In this document: positions 27,370-35,610 of the stretch, piece by piece
Layout: every line of letters starts with the position of its first letter
Numbering within the stretch: position 1 is the stretch's first letter
Source of the DNA: Ruminococcus sp.
GTDB lineage: Bacteria; Bacillota; Clostridia; Oscillospirales; Ruminococcaceae
Assembly (NCBI GenBank): GCA_023667745.1
Contig: JAMOZU010000001.1
Coordinates: 1-37,679 of the forward strand
Length of the DNA: 37,679 nt
Direction: 5' to 3'
Position numbers and translations under genes: made by a program
Notes under the pieces: model-generated
Seen by the model: only the letters and a program-made list of their open reading frames with translations
The model's database searches: none
Told to the model about the DNA's origin: nothing

Positions 27370-27543
27370 ATGAACACATATGAAAAGGAACGTCTCGAAG
27401 AATTTGAAAGGGACGTAAAAAAAATGCAGAAGGAACTTAGGGAAGAGTTTGCGGAATTTGAGGAAAAGAAGACCCCTTTGCAGAAACTGGGGGAGAAGCT
27501 GGGCTTTAAGAAAGCCAAAAAGAAAAAGACAAGAAAGAGCTGA
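27370..27543 (+). CDS. Small charged hypothetical protein (57 aa)
   Basis: RBS ggaggt 7 nt before ATG 27370; own consensus promoter. Confidence 0.7.
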   Translation: MNTYEKERLEEFERDVKKMQKELREEFAEFEEKKTPLQKLGEKLGFKKAKKKKTRKS

Positions 27544-27577
27544 TACTAATCCCCATAATTCAATGAGGGATTTGTAT
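27543..27577 (+). repeat. Short dispersed 35-bp repeat
   Basis: atactaatccccataattcaatgagggatttgtat, identical to 17373-17407. Confidence 0.88.
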
Positions 27578-27814
27578 AAGACAGCCCGATTTATGTACTC
27601 GGCATGTGAGCGGAGTTCACAATAAATTAACAAAAACCTTTATAATTTCTCTTAAATCCAAAGGGAAAATATGATAAAATATAAGAAGAAATATTTACGT
27701 AAAATACCGAGTAGTTTTCAAAAAGAATTTTTTGCAAGCGGCATTTCCTTACGAAAAAAAACTGTTGTGAAATAATGTTTTTAAACGGATAAAAAAATTT
27801 TAAGGGTGATAATT

Positions 27815-28876
27815 ATGGAAACTGAAAAGAACAACATTCTTATAGTGGACGACGCCGCCATTAACCGGGAGCTGCTGGCGGAGGGGTTTTCCGAAAAGTA
27901 CGGCATTTTGGAAGCGGAAAACGGAAGAGAGGCATTGGAGATACTGGAGGTAAACACCGTCTCCGCAGTTTTGCTTGACCTTATAATGCCTGAAATGAAC
28001 GGCATTGAGGTGTTAAAGGAGCTTAAAAGGTCGGGGCTTGTTGAGCGTGTTCCCGTGCTGCTGATAACGAGTGCCACTCCCGATGACAGCGAGGATATGC
28101 TTCTTGAGGCATACCGCTTGGGGGCTGTGGATATTATCCCCAAGCCTTTCAGGCTCAACTTCCTTACCTGCCGTGTGGAAAATATGATAGAGCTTTTCCG
28201 TCACCGCCGTGAACTGGAGGGGACTGTGACCGAACAGGGAAGAAAAATATCTTCCATGAATATCTCCATGGTTCAGGCTTTGGCGGAGCTTATCGAGTTC
28301 AGGGACTGCGAGTCCGGGGAGCATGTAAAGCGGATATGCGGCATTACAAATGTCCTGCTCCATACGGTTGCGGATATGTACCCAGAATATGAACTGCATT
28401 CGGGGGAGATACGGAAAATGGTCATTGCCGCCATGCTCCACGATATAGGAAAAATATCTATCCCCGACCATATCCTCAACAAGCCCGGAAGGCTTACCGA
28501 AACGGAATTTGAGATAATGAAAAGGCACGCCGTAAGCGGGTGGGAGATACTGGGCAAAATCTCCAACGTTGTGGACGGGGAGATTTACGAATACAGCCGT
28601 GACATCTGCCGCCATCACCATGAGCGGTGGGACGGCAAGTGCTACCCGGACGGACTGGCGGGGGACGAAATATCCATTTGGGCTCAGGCGGCATCGGTTG
28701 CGGACGTTTATGATGCTCTTACCACCCGCAGGGTCTACAAATCAGCCTTTACCCATGAAAAGGCTGTGAAGATGATAAAGGGCGGCGAGTGCGGCTGCTT
28801 CAATCCGAAAATAATAGCCGCCTTCGAGCATTCCATCGAGGAAATAAGAACGCTGACTCAAACAGTTAATAGTTAA
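27815..28876 (+). CDS. Response regulator with HD-GYP domain (RpfG-like cyclic dinucleotide phosphodiesterase)
   Basis: ILIVDD, LLDLIMPEMNG, KPF; RDCESGEHVKR, LHDIGKI, HHERWDGKCYP, ADVYDAL. Confidence 0.94.
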   Translation: METEKNNILIVDDAAINRELLAEGFSEKYGILEAENGREALEILEVNTVSAVLLDLIMPEMNGIEVLKELKRSGLVERVPVLLITSATPDDSEDMLLEAYRLGAVDIIPKPFRLNFLTCRVENMIELFRHRRELEGTVTEQGRKISSMNISMVQALAELIEFRDCESGEHVKRICGITNVLLHTVADMYPEYELHSGEIRKMVIAAMLHDIGKISIPDHILNKPGRLTETEFEIMKRHAVSGWEILGKISNVVDGEIYEYSRDICRHHHERWDGKCYPDGLAGDEISIWAQAASVADVYDALTTRRVYKSAFTHEKAVKMIKGGECGCFNPKIIAAFEHSIEEIRTLTQTVNS

Positions 28877-28895
28877 TAATTAATAGTTAATAGTT
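28861..28895 (+). repeat. Heptamer tandem repeat (AAYARTT)x5
   Basis: aacagtt aatagtt aataatt aatagtt aatagtt; contains the stop codon. Confidence 0.8.
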
Positions 28896-29114
28896 ATTTA
28901 AGGAACTGCCGATTTAAGGCTTCTCCCTGCCCAAAGCGGGAAAAACTTGCCTGTAAAAAGGTTTGTAACGCAAAAAAATCAGTGTTTCCTTAAAAGCGGT
29001 AATTATTTAGGATCGAGCTATTGGGGCAGGGTAATATTATTCTTGCCTCTTGCCTCTTGCCTCTCAAACCGGGCAACGAAAAAAAATCCAAAAATTAAAT
29101 GGTGGTGAGCGGAT

Positions 29115-30014
29115 ATTACTGTAAGTGAACTGAACGAGGCTGTGGAAAACATCTTGCGGCATATCCCCGACAGGGATTTTGACAAAGCCTGCATTTTAGA
29201 GGATTTCGGGCGGATAACAAGGGAAACTGCGGCTCTTCACGGCGAAAGGGAAGTCCCCCCGGACTTATGTCAGAAGGTGCTTGGAGCGGCAAACACACGT
29301 GCGCTGGGCTATCCATTGCAGTATATTCTGGGGGAATGGGAATTTTACGGGCTGAAATTCCGTGTGGGCGAGGGTGTGCTTATCCCCAGAGCGGACACGG
29401 AAACGTTGGTGGAGCTGTCTTTGCTTCGGCTGCGGCAGCTTCATAAAAAGCTCGGGCGGAAACTTCATGTCATAGACCTGTGCAGCGGCAGCGGGTGCGT
29501 TGCGGTCAGCATCGCCAAGGAAATGGGCGAGGCGGTGCAGATGTACGCCGTGGAGCTTTCGGGAGAGGCGTTCCCCTATCTGCTGGAAAACGTGCGGAGA
29601 AATAACGTTAATGTGCGGCTTTTCCGAGGGGACGTAATGGACGGGCGAATGCTCGACAATTTCAGAGACCCTCTCGACGATGACCGCTTTATTCCCATAG
29701 ACGCCATAGTGTCGAACCCACCCTATCTTACCGACGATGAGATGAGCAGCCTGCAAAGGGAGGTCACCTTTGAGCCGGAGACAGCCCTTTACGGCGGCAC
29801 GGACGGCTTGAAATTCTATCGTGTGACCGCCTGCATGTGGAACTATCTTTTAAGCCCCGGAGGACTTATGATATTTGAGGTGGGGGACAGTCAGGCGGCA
29901 ATAGTCAGCCGCATTCTGGAGGAAAACGGCTTCGGCGATATTTTTACCCAAAAGGATGGGGCGGGGGTCGTAAGGGCAGTCGGAGGAAGATTTATAAAGC
30001 AGCATAAGGCATAG
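29115..30014 (+). CDS. prmC: Release factor glutamine methyltransferase; probable ATT start at 29115 (GTG 29142 alternative)
   Basis: PLQYILGEWEFYG, VLIPRADTETLVE, DLCSGSGC, SNPPY, EP..ALYGG.DGL.FY. Confidence 0.95.
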   Translation: MTVSELNEAVENILRHIPDRDFDKACILEDFGRITRETAALHGEREVPPDLCQKVLGAANTRALGYPLQYILGEWEFYGLKFRVGEGVLIPRADTETLVELSLLRLRQLHKKLGRKLHVIDLCSGSGCVAVSIAKEMGEAVQMYAVELSGEAFPYLLENVRRNNVNVRLFRGDVMDGRMLDNFRDPLDDDRFIPIDAIVSNPPYLTDDEMSSLQREVTFEPETALYGGTDGLKFYRVTACMWNYLLSPGGLMIFEVGDSQAAIVSRILEENGFGDIFTQKDGAGVVRAVGGRFIKQHKA

Positions 30015-30042
30015 AAGATGCGATAGAGTATGCGGAAAATAC

Positions 30043-30082
30043 CCGCCGCCCGAAGTGTAAGGCTTTGGGCGGCGGATTATTT
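30043..30082 (+). terminator. Intrinsic terminator of prmC
   Basis: ccgccgcccgaag...ctttgggcggcgg followed by attattttt. Confidence 0.6.
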
Positions 30083-30125
30083 TGTGTCGGGGAGGTGTTG
30101 ATTTTCGTTTTCTTTGCATGGTTTG

Positions 30126-30229
30126 ATACAAATCCCTCATTGAATTATGGGAATCTCCCGCCGCAAAAAACCATATATGCAAGTTTTTTGCGGCGGTTTC
30201 TTCTCCATAATTCTAATGGGGATTAGTAT
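30126..30229. mobile_element. 104-bp MITE-like element with ~27-bp imperfect terminal inverted repeats
   Basis: atacaaatccctcattgaattatggga ... tctccataattctaatggggattagtat enclosing ccgccgcaaaaaac/gttttttgcggcgg hairpin; ends recur at 1838, 17322, 17373, 27543. Confidence 0.6.
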
Positions 30230-30249
30230 GATAAGCTCACCGATAATCT

Positions 30250-31824
30250 CTAACCTCTGACCACCCCGAACATAGCGGGCTTGCTCTCCTTTTCGGGCAT
30301 TTGCAGATACCCCTCTTCAAGGCAGGACTCCACAATAAACGCCATTACGTCAAGCTGATAGCGAATCCTTGTCAATGCCCCGCATTTTGCCTGTAAGGGC
30401 GAGGGTGTCAGGGGGAGGAGCATATTTTCCGCTTCGGCGCAGACTTTCTCGGTGCAGGTGAAAGTTTCCGTCACAGCCTCGTCAAGCAAGGGAAGTATCT
30501 CCTCTTGCAGCAGCTTTTCCGGGAATACGCAGAAGTTCGCCGTCAGCCTGCCGTCGGTCACGGTTATATATCCCTCTTCCGCCAGTTTCAACTGAACGTC
30601 GCTGTTTTCGTCGGCTTTGCCGCCCTTTGCCGCTCCGGTAAGGGCGGCTGCTGTTTCTCTCCATTTTTCCGCTGTCAGCTTCTGGACGTTCTCTATGGCA
30701 CGGTAGTTTACAACACTTACATAGCAAGTCCCATCCAAATCTTCCATTCTGCCGTAAATGCCGTTGAAATGGTGATTGGCATAGTCGTTGTCATAGCCGA
30801 AAAGATAGCCGCAGGAGCCGTTGGAGAGAGGCGGGTAATCGCCGTATTTCCCCCTTCCCGTTCCGTCCGCTTTGATCATTCCGTGATAAACGGCGATATT
30901 GGCAAGTACGAATTTCAGCGTGTCCCGTGAGATGCCCGGGCGGTGAAAATCCATTCTCCCGACCTTTTCCAAAGCCGCCTCGATAACGCCGTTCACCCTT
31001 TGGGCGGCGGCTTTGCACAACGGCTTGAACCTTGCCGCCGCATTCTTTTCATATTCGTCTGTGAATATGATAATATCCGTGTTGTAATGCCCCGCCGACT
31101 CCTTTAAAAAGCCGTGTTTTACAAGGGGTGCAAGCTCGTCCTCCAGATAGGGAGCGGATACACCCAGTTCGTCCGACAGCTCGCTGACCGTCAGGGGCTT
31201 TTCGTAAGCCGCCAGCAGGATATTCCCCGGCAGCCGCCGCTCGAACATCTCCCAGTAGCCGCTGCTGTTTTCCCCGAAAAAGTCAAGGCGGAAGGTTGCG
31301 GGGTCGAAGCTTTTTTCTCCTAAATTTCTTGTCATATCAATGCCCTCCTTTAAAATTTCACGGGAACGGAAAAGGTACCAGCGAACCATTTCCGGGGATA
31401 TGTTCAGAAGCTGCGATATTTCCTTGCTGCTTTTGCTGCGGAAATACCGCAGCACAGCCGTCTGCCTGTACAGCCCGGACAGGCGGGACAGCTCCCGCCG
31501 CAAAAGGCTCAGCTGTTCTTTTTCCTCAATGTCCGTTTCCGGAGTGATAAGGCATACGCCCATATATTCCGACTGCTTGTCGAAAAGGGCGTTTTCCCTT
31601 TGGCGGCGGCGTATCCTGCTGCCGAGAATATTTTCCGCCGTCCGCCACATAAAGCCGTAAAACGCTCCGTCGTTTTTCAGGCTGCCCACCGAGGACAGGA
31701 CGGCGCAGATAATATCGTTGGTCAGATCTTCCGCCTCGTCCTTGTTATACACCCTTGAAAACGCCCAGCCGTAGAGCTTGCCGAGGTTTTCCGTCAGCAG
31801 TCTGCCGCATTCGGTCTTGGTCAT
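30250..31824 (-). CDS. ECF-type sigma-70 factor with long C-terminal extension
   Basis: EAEDLTNDI, FYGFMWRTAEN (region 2); LRYF...SKEISQLLNISPEMVRWYLFRSR (region 4); RBS aaaggagg. Confidence 0.88.
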   Translation of the reverse strand: MTKTECGRLLTENLGKLYGWAFSRVYNKDEAEDLTNDIICAVLSSVGSLKNDGAFYGFMWRTAENILGSRIRRRQRENALFDKQSEYMGVCLITPETDIEEKEQLSLLRRELSRLSGLYRQTAVLRYFRSKSSKEISQLLNISPEMVRWYLFRSREILKEGIDMTRNLGEKSFDPATFRLDFFGENSSGYWEMFERRLPGNILLAAYEKPLTVSELSDELGVSAPYLEDELAPLVKHGFLKESAGHYNTDIIIFTDEYEKNAAARFKPLCKAAAQRVNGVIEAALEKVGRMDFHRPGISRDTLKFVLANIAVYHGMIKADGTGRGKYGDYPPLSNGSCGYLFGYDNDYANHHFNGIYGRMEDLDGTCYVSVVNYRAIENVQKLTAEKWRETAAALTGAAKGGKADENSDVQLKLAEEGYITVTDGRLTANFCVFPEKLLQEEILPLLDEAVTETFTCTEKVCAEAENMLLPLTPSPLQAKCGALTRIRYQLDVMAFIVESCLEEGYLQMPEKESKPAMFGVVRG

Positions 31825-32118
31825 GTTATAAAGCCTCCTTTTGCCGTTCCTGTTTATATAGTAGCCGGGAGAGGGAAATTGTTAAGCAATATTTTTTGAA
31901 TGAAAAATCGCTGCCGAAAGAATCCCGGCAAATATAAATTTAAAAATTCAACCGTTCGTTATTTCCTTTATTATAACATACCGAACCGCATAAGTCAAAA
32001 ATATACGGGCGGGGGAAAATAACCGCCTTTTTCAAAAAATGTTTTTCGCACTTTAAATCGTTATATCCTTGACAATTCCCCGAAAAAATGCTAAAATATT
32101 CCTTGGAGGGTGTTGCCT

Positions 32119-32685
32119 ATGCTGTGCATAAGTATTAATATGACAGAGGTTTTTGACATATTTGAAACTATCGAGACTCCGGCGGAAAAAAAGCTGTTCA
32201 GAAAAATCTACCGTAAATATGAGGGGATAATGTATGACACAGCATACAGCATTCTTTTGAACCGCTTTGACGCCGAGGATGCCGTTCACACGGCTTTTAC
32301 GAATATTGCCGGGCATCTTGACAAAATTTCCGACATAAACAGTACGGGGACAAAGGGCTATCTTATCATTGCCGCCAAACATGCCGCTTTGAAAACGCTG
32401 GCGGCAAACAAAAAATTCGCCTTCCCCGAAACAGACGAGCCTGAAGCCGATGATATTGACGTGGAGGAATATGTTATCCGCAATATGGAGGCAGGGCGGC
32501 TGGAAGCTGTGCTTTTAGGACTGCCCGCCGCCGATTACGAGGTATTGTTCCTGAATATCTATATGGATTTGGATATACGGGAAATTTCCGAGACTTTGTG
32601 CATTACATACGATGCGGCAAAAAAGCGGCTGCAAAGGGCGTTGAAGCGGTTCAGAGAAGCGGCGGCAAAGGAGGGCATTATATGA
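32119..32685 (+). CDS. ECF-type sigma-70 factor
   Basis: DAEDAVHTAF, REISETLCITYDAAKKRLQRA; RBS ggagg 9 nt before ATG 32119. Confidence 0.88.
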   Translation: MLCISINMTEVFDIFETIETPAEKKLFRKIYRKYEGIMYDTAYSILLNRFDAEDAVHTAFTNIAGHLDKISDINSTGTKGYLIIAAKHAALKTLAANKKFAFPETDEPEADDIDVEEYVIRNMEAGRLEAVLLGLPAADYEVLFLNIYMDLDIREISETLCITYDAAKKRLQRALKRFREAAAKEGII

Positions 32686-33515
32686 AAAACAAACTTACCC
32701 CGGAGCAAATGGCAGCGTTTGAGGCGGTTGCCGTATGCAGGATCATTTCTCCCGTACCCAAAGCTCCCCCGCATATATTTTCCCTCGGCTACAGGCGGAA
32801 AATGCGGGAGACGGAGCGGGAGTATCAAAGGCTTGTAAAAAGCAGACTTGCCGAGCGGGCGGCAGAGCTGGCGGCAAAGTATGCCGAAAGAGCGGCATGT
32901 GCCGAAAGAACGGCATGTGCCGAAAGAACGGCATGTGCCGAAGGATCGGCGGGCGGAAAATGCTATCCCCCGGAAATTTCCTTTAAAAAAATCACTTTGA
33001 GGAAATTTTTCCGCTATGTTTTCATATCCGCTTTTATGGCATGCGCCACGGCTGTTTCCGCAGGAGCGGCTGTTGAACTTTACGCAAAATATTATATGAC
33101 GAGTTTTGAGACCCACACCGTTGTAAGGTCGGCGGACTTTGAGAACGCCCCGGAGGTTATTGAGGAGGTTTATGTTATCGGTCAGCTTCCCGAGGGAATG
33201 GAGTTGATATTTGAAAATGAGATAACGGAAGATGTTCCCGAGGCAGTTCATTTTTACAGCAGTGATACCTGTCAGCTTTCCTTTACGCAGTATGTGAAAT
33301 ATTGTTACGACATCAATGTGAACACCGAGAACAACGCTATGACGCCCGTAACTGTGAACGGCTGTGACGGATATATTATCGACCTTGGAAATAGCGAATA
33401 CTATCTTTCTTGGGACAACGGCGATTACATATTTGATCTGTCCGGAAATATTGGTGAAAATGCACTAATTGAAATAGCAAATTCTGTGCAAAAAGGAGAA
33501 AATTGGAAAAAATGA
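32682..33515 (+). CDS. Membrane-anchored DUF4367-like protein, putative anti-sigma factor
   Basis: ATGA overlap with sigma gene; H.FS..YRRKM, TM helix, LPEG, NTEN...VTVNGCDG, LSW, IEIANS. Confidence 0.75.
   Translation: MKNKLTPEQMAAFEAVAVCRIISPVPKAPPHIFSLGYRRKMRETEREYQRLVKSRLAERAAELAAKYAERAACAERTACAERTACAEGSAGGKCYPPEISFKKITLRKFFRYVFISAFMACATAVSAGAAVELYAKYYMTSFETHTVVRSADFENAPEVIEEVYVIGQLPEGMELIFENEITEDVPEAVHFYSSDTCQLSFTQYVKYCYDINVNTENNAMTPVTVNGCDGYIIDLGNSEYYLSWDNGDYIFDLSGNIGENALIEIANSVQKGENWKK
32883..32950 (+). repeat. In-frame 18-bp tandem repeat x3.8
   Basis: gccgaaagarcggcatgt units encoding AER(A/T)AC. Confidence 0.9.
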
Positions 33516-33625
33516 AAATTTTTCCCGAAAACCTGTCCCCAAAATGGCTTCAGAAGGATTATATAAGTAGATGGATGTGCAAAGGAGCGCACCTCATCGA
33601 GTAAAACGGAAAGGAGGAAAAGCTG

Positions 33626-34027
33626 ATGAAAAAGGTTTTATGCACGCTGTTCATTGCTGTAATAACGGTTTCCATGCTTTGCGGTATTTCGGTTTGCGCT
33701 GTTCAGGCGAGGTATGCTTATGCGACCTCTGTTACAAGCACGCTTACCAAGTCCGGAAGTAAACTGACCTGCACAAGCACGTGCAGGGGAATTTCCACTG
33801 TTACAAAAATTACCGCCGTTCAGTATCTGGAGAAGAAAAACGGCAGCAACTGGGACACCGTTAAGGACGGCACATGGAGCGGCTCGGCAGACAGCTCATA
33901 TCTTTATATGAGCAACAGCAAAAGCAGCCTTGACAGCGGCACATACCGTTTAAGAACCGTCTTTACGGTCTACAGCGGTACAAGCTCGGAGACAATCGAA
34001 AAGACAAGCAGCGAAGTGACGATTTGA
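33626..34027 (+). CDS. Secreted hypothetical protein, Ser/Thr-rich beta fold
   Basis: RBS aaaggagg; signal peptide; QARY, GTYRLRTVFTVY. Confidence 0.82.
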   Translation: MKKVLCTLFIAVITVSMLCGISVCAVQARYAYATSVTSTLTKSGSKLTCTSTCRGISTVTKITAVQYLEKKNGSNWDTVKDGTWSGSADSSYLYMSNSKSSLDSGTYRLRTVFTVYSGTSSETIEKTSSEVTI

Positions 34028-34072
34028 AGCAAGAAAAAACCAAGTCAAACTTTGAAAGGATGGTAATTTACC

Positions 34073-34540
34073 ATGAAAAAAGCAATGAAAACATTTCTCG
34101 CACTGTTCCTGTCGGTCGCTGTCGCAATTCCCGCAATGACAGCCAACGTATCAGCCGAAGAGTTTTTGTATAACCTTACGGCTGCCGCACCCTCCGGCGA
34201 TGATGACGGCATAAGCCCTCACACCAACTACATGCCCGATACGCCGTGGGATTTTTCCAACGGTATGTATCATGCGGACGGAAAAGCGGTTGAGTCAGCC
34301 TCTCTTTACACCAACTATTACTTTACCGGTGTAACCAGTCTTGCTATAAGCATTACAAACAGGGGCAATAATGCCATAACTGTTAAACTGCGGTCAAGAG
34401 GGCTAATAAATAACTCACACGGCAGCTTTGTTGTATCTGCTTACGGAGATGCGTCAAAGGTTTTTACCAACCTTGATCCGGATAAACAATACTTTTTTGA
34501 ATTTACCGGACCCTGCGACTTCTCCGCATATATAGCATGA
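34073..34540 (+). CDS. Secreted hypothetical protein
   Basis: RBS aaagga; signal peptide ending VSA; ISP motif. Confidence 0.8.
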   Translation: MKKAMKTFLALFLSVAVAIPAMTANVSAEEFLYNLTAAAPSGDDDGISPHTNYMPDTPWDFSNGMYHADGKAVESASLYTNYYFTGVTSLAISITNRGNNAITVKLRSRGLINNSHGSFVVSAYGDASKVFTNLDPDKQYFFEFTGPCDFSAYIA

Positions 34541-35469
34541 CAACCACAGCACTGAAAATTCTTGCCCTGATATTTATGACTGTCGACCATATCGGCAGTC
34601 ATATCCCGGGAATGCCCATATGGCTGCGGTGGATAGGCAGGCTTGCCTCTCCCATATTCTTCTTCTGCGCAGCCGAAAGCACCGTAAAAACAAGCAGCAG
34701 GCGGCAGTATCTGAAAAGGCTCTACAGGGCAAGTTTTATTACGGTAATGGCAGAGTCGGTAGTACCCGCTTTCTGCAAAAGGTATTTCGGGATAAACTGC
34801 GGATTTGACAATAACATATTTCTGAATATCTTTCAGGGAGCTGTAATAATCGCCATTCTGGAAACCACAAAAAACGACCCGGCGAGGCGGAAGAAAGAAC
34901 TGCTGTGGTATGTTCGTTATCAGGCGGTGCTTTTGGGACTGCTTTTTCTTGTAAGCCGTTTTGACCCTTTTGAGGCTATGGGCATAAACATTAACCTTAT
35001 CCCATTGCTTGACGATTGGGAGCGGATAATGTTTACCGCCTTGGGCTCTGTATGGCACATCGAAGGACCGCTTTTACTACTGCCGCAAATGCTGATATTT
35101 TACCTTTTCAAGGATAACAAAAAACAGCTGGCGGCTTGGTATACGGCTTACTGCGCAGTCTATTTCCTGATATTCGTGCCGCAGCTGGGGATAAAGACTG
35201 TCTCGTTTCTGAACGGGCGGGTTCCCGTATGGCTGTACGAGCTTGTCAAAATGCTCATAAGTTTGCCGGGAATACCTGTATTTCCCTTTGAGAGTGCGCA
35301 AAACTTTGCCGACTCGCTGCTGAATATGAATTTTCAGTGGATGATGATCTTCTCCCTGCCTTTTATCCTTTGCTATAACGGAAAAAAGGGCAGGGGAATG
35401 AAATGGTTTTTCTACATCTATTACCTACTGCATTTGATAATTCTGAATATTATCGGTGCTTTGATGTAA
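34537..35469 (+). CDS. TraX family membrane protein
   Basis: LKILALIFMTVDHIG, IGRLASPIFFF, YLKRL, NIF, YNGKKG.GMKWFFYIYY..H. Confidence 0.85.
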   Translation: MTTTALKILALIFMTVDHIGSHIPGMPIWLRWIGRLASPIFFFCAAESTVKTSSRRQYLKRLYRASFITVMAESVVPAFCKRYFGINCGFDNNIFLNIFQGAVIIAILETTKNDPARRKKELLWYVRYQAVLLGLLFLVSRFDPFEAMGININLIPLLDDWERIMFTALGSVWHIEGPLLLLPQMLIFYLFKDNKKQLAAWYTAYCAVYFLIFVPQLGIKTVSFLNGRVPVWLYELVKMLISLPGIPVFPFESAQNFADSLLNMNFQWMMIFSLPFILCYNGKKGRGMKWFFYIYYLLHLIILNIIGALM

Positions 35470-35565
35470 TGACAGAATGAGCGAACAAAACATATTGCAT
35501 CGGGACAGCGGAGATAATTTTACCTGCACTGTCTTAACAAGATAAATTAACCCCGATTAAAAAGT

Positions 35566-35592
35566 CCGCCGGCAATTTAAAATTGCCGGCGG
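35566..35592. promoter_or_regulatory. Perfect 12-bp inverted repeat just upstream of RBS
   Basis: ccgccggcaatt taa aattgccggcgg followed by cataaaggagg. Confidence 0.5.
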
Positions 35593-35610
35593 CATAAAGG
35601 AGGAATTTTT

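Noticed and set aside
34537-35469. TraX as evidence of a conjugative element
   Set aside because: No relaxase, T4SS or integrase nearby; TraX-family genes are often stand-alone
35533-35559. sigma28 promoter before 35611 (ttaa...cccgatta)
   Set aside because: Both elements and spacing deviate from consensus; too weak to call
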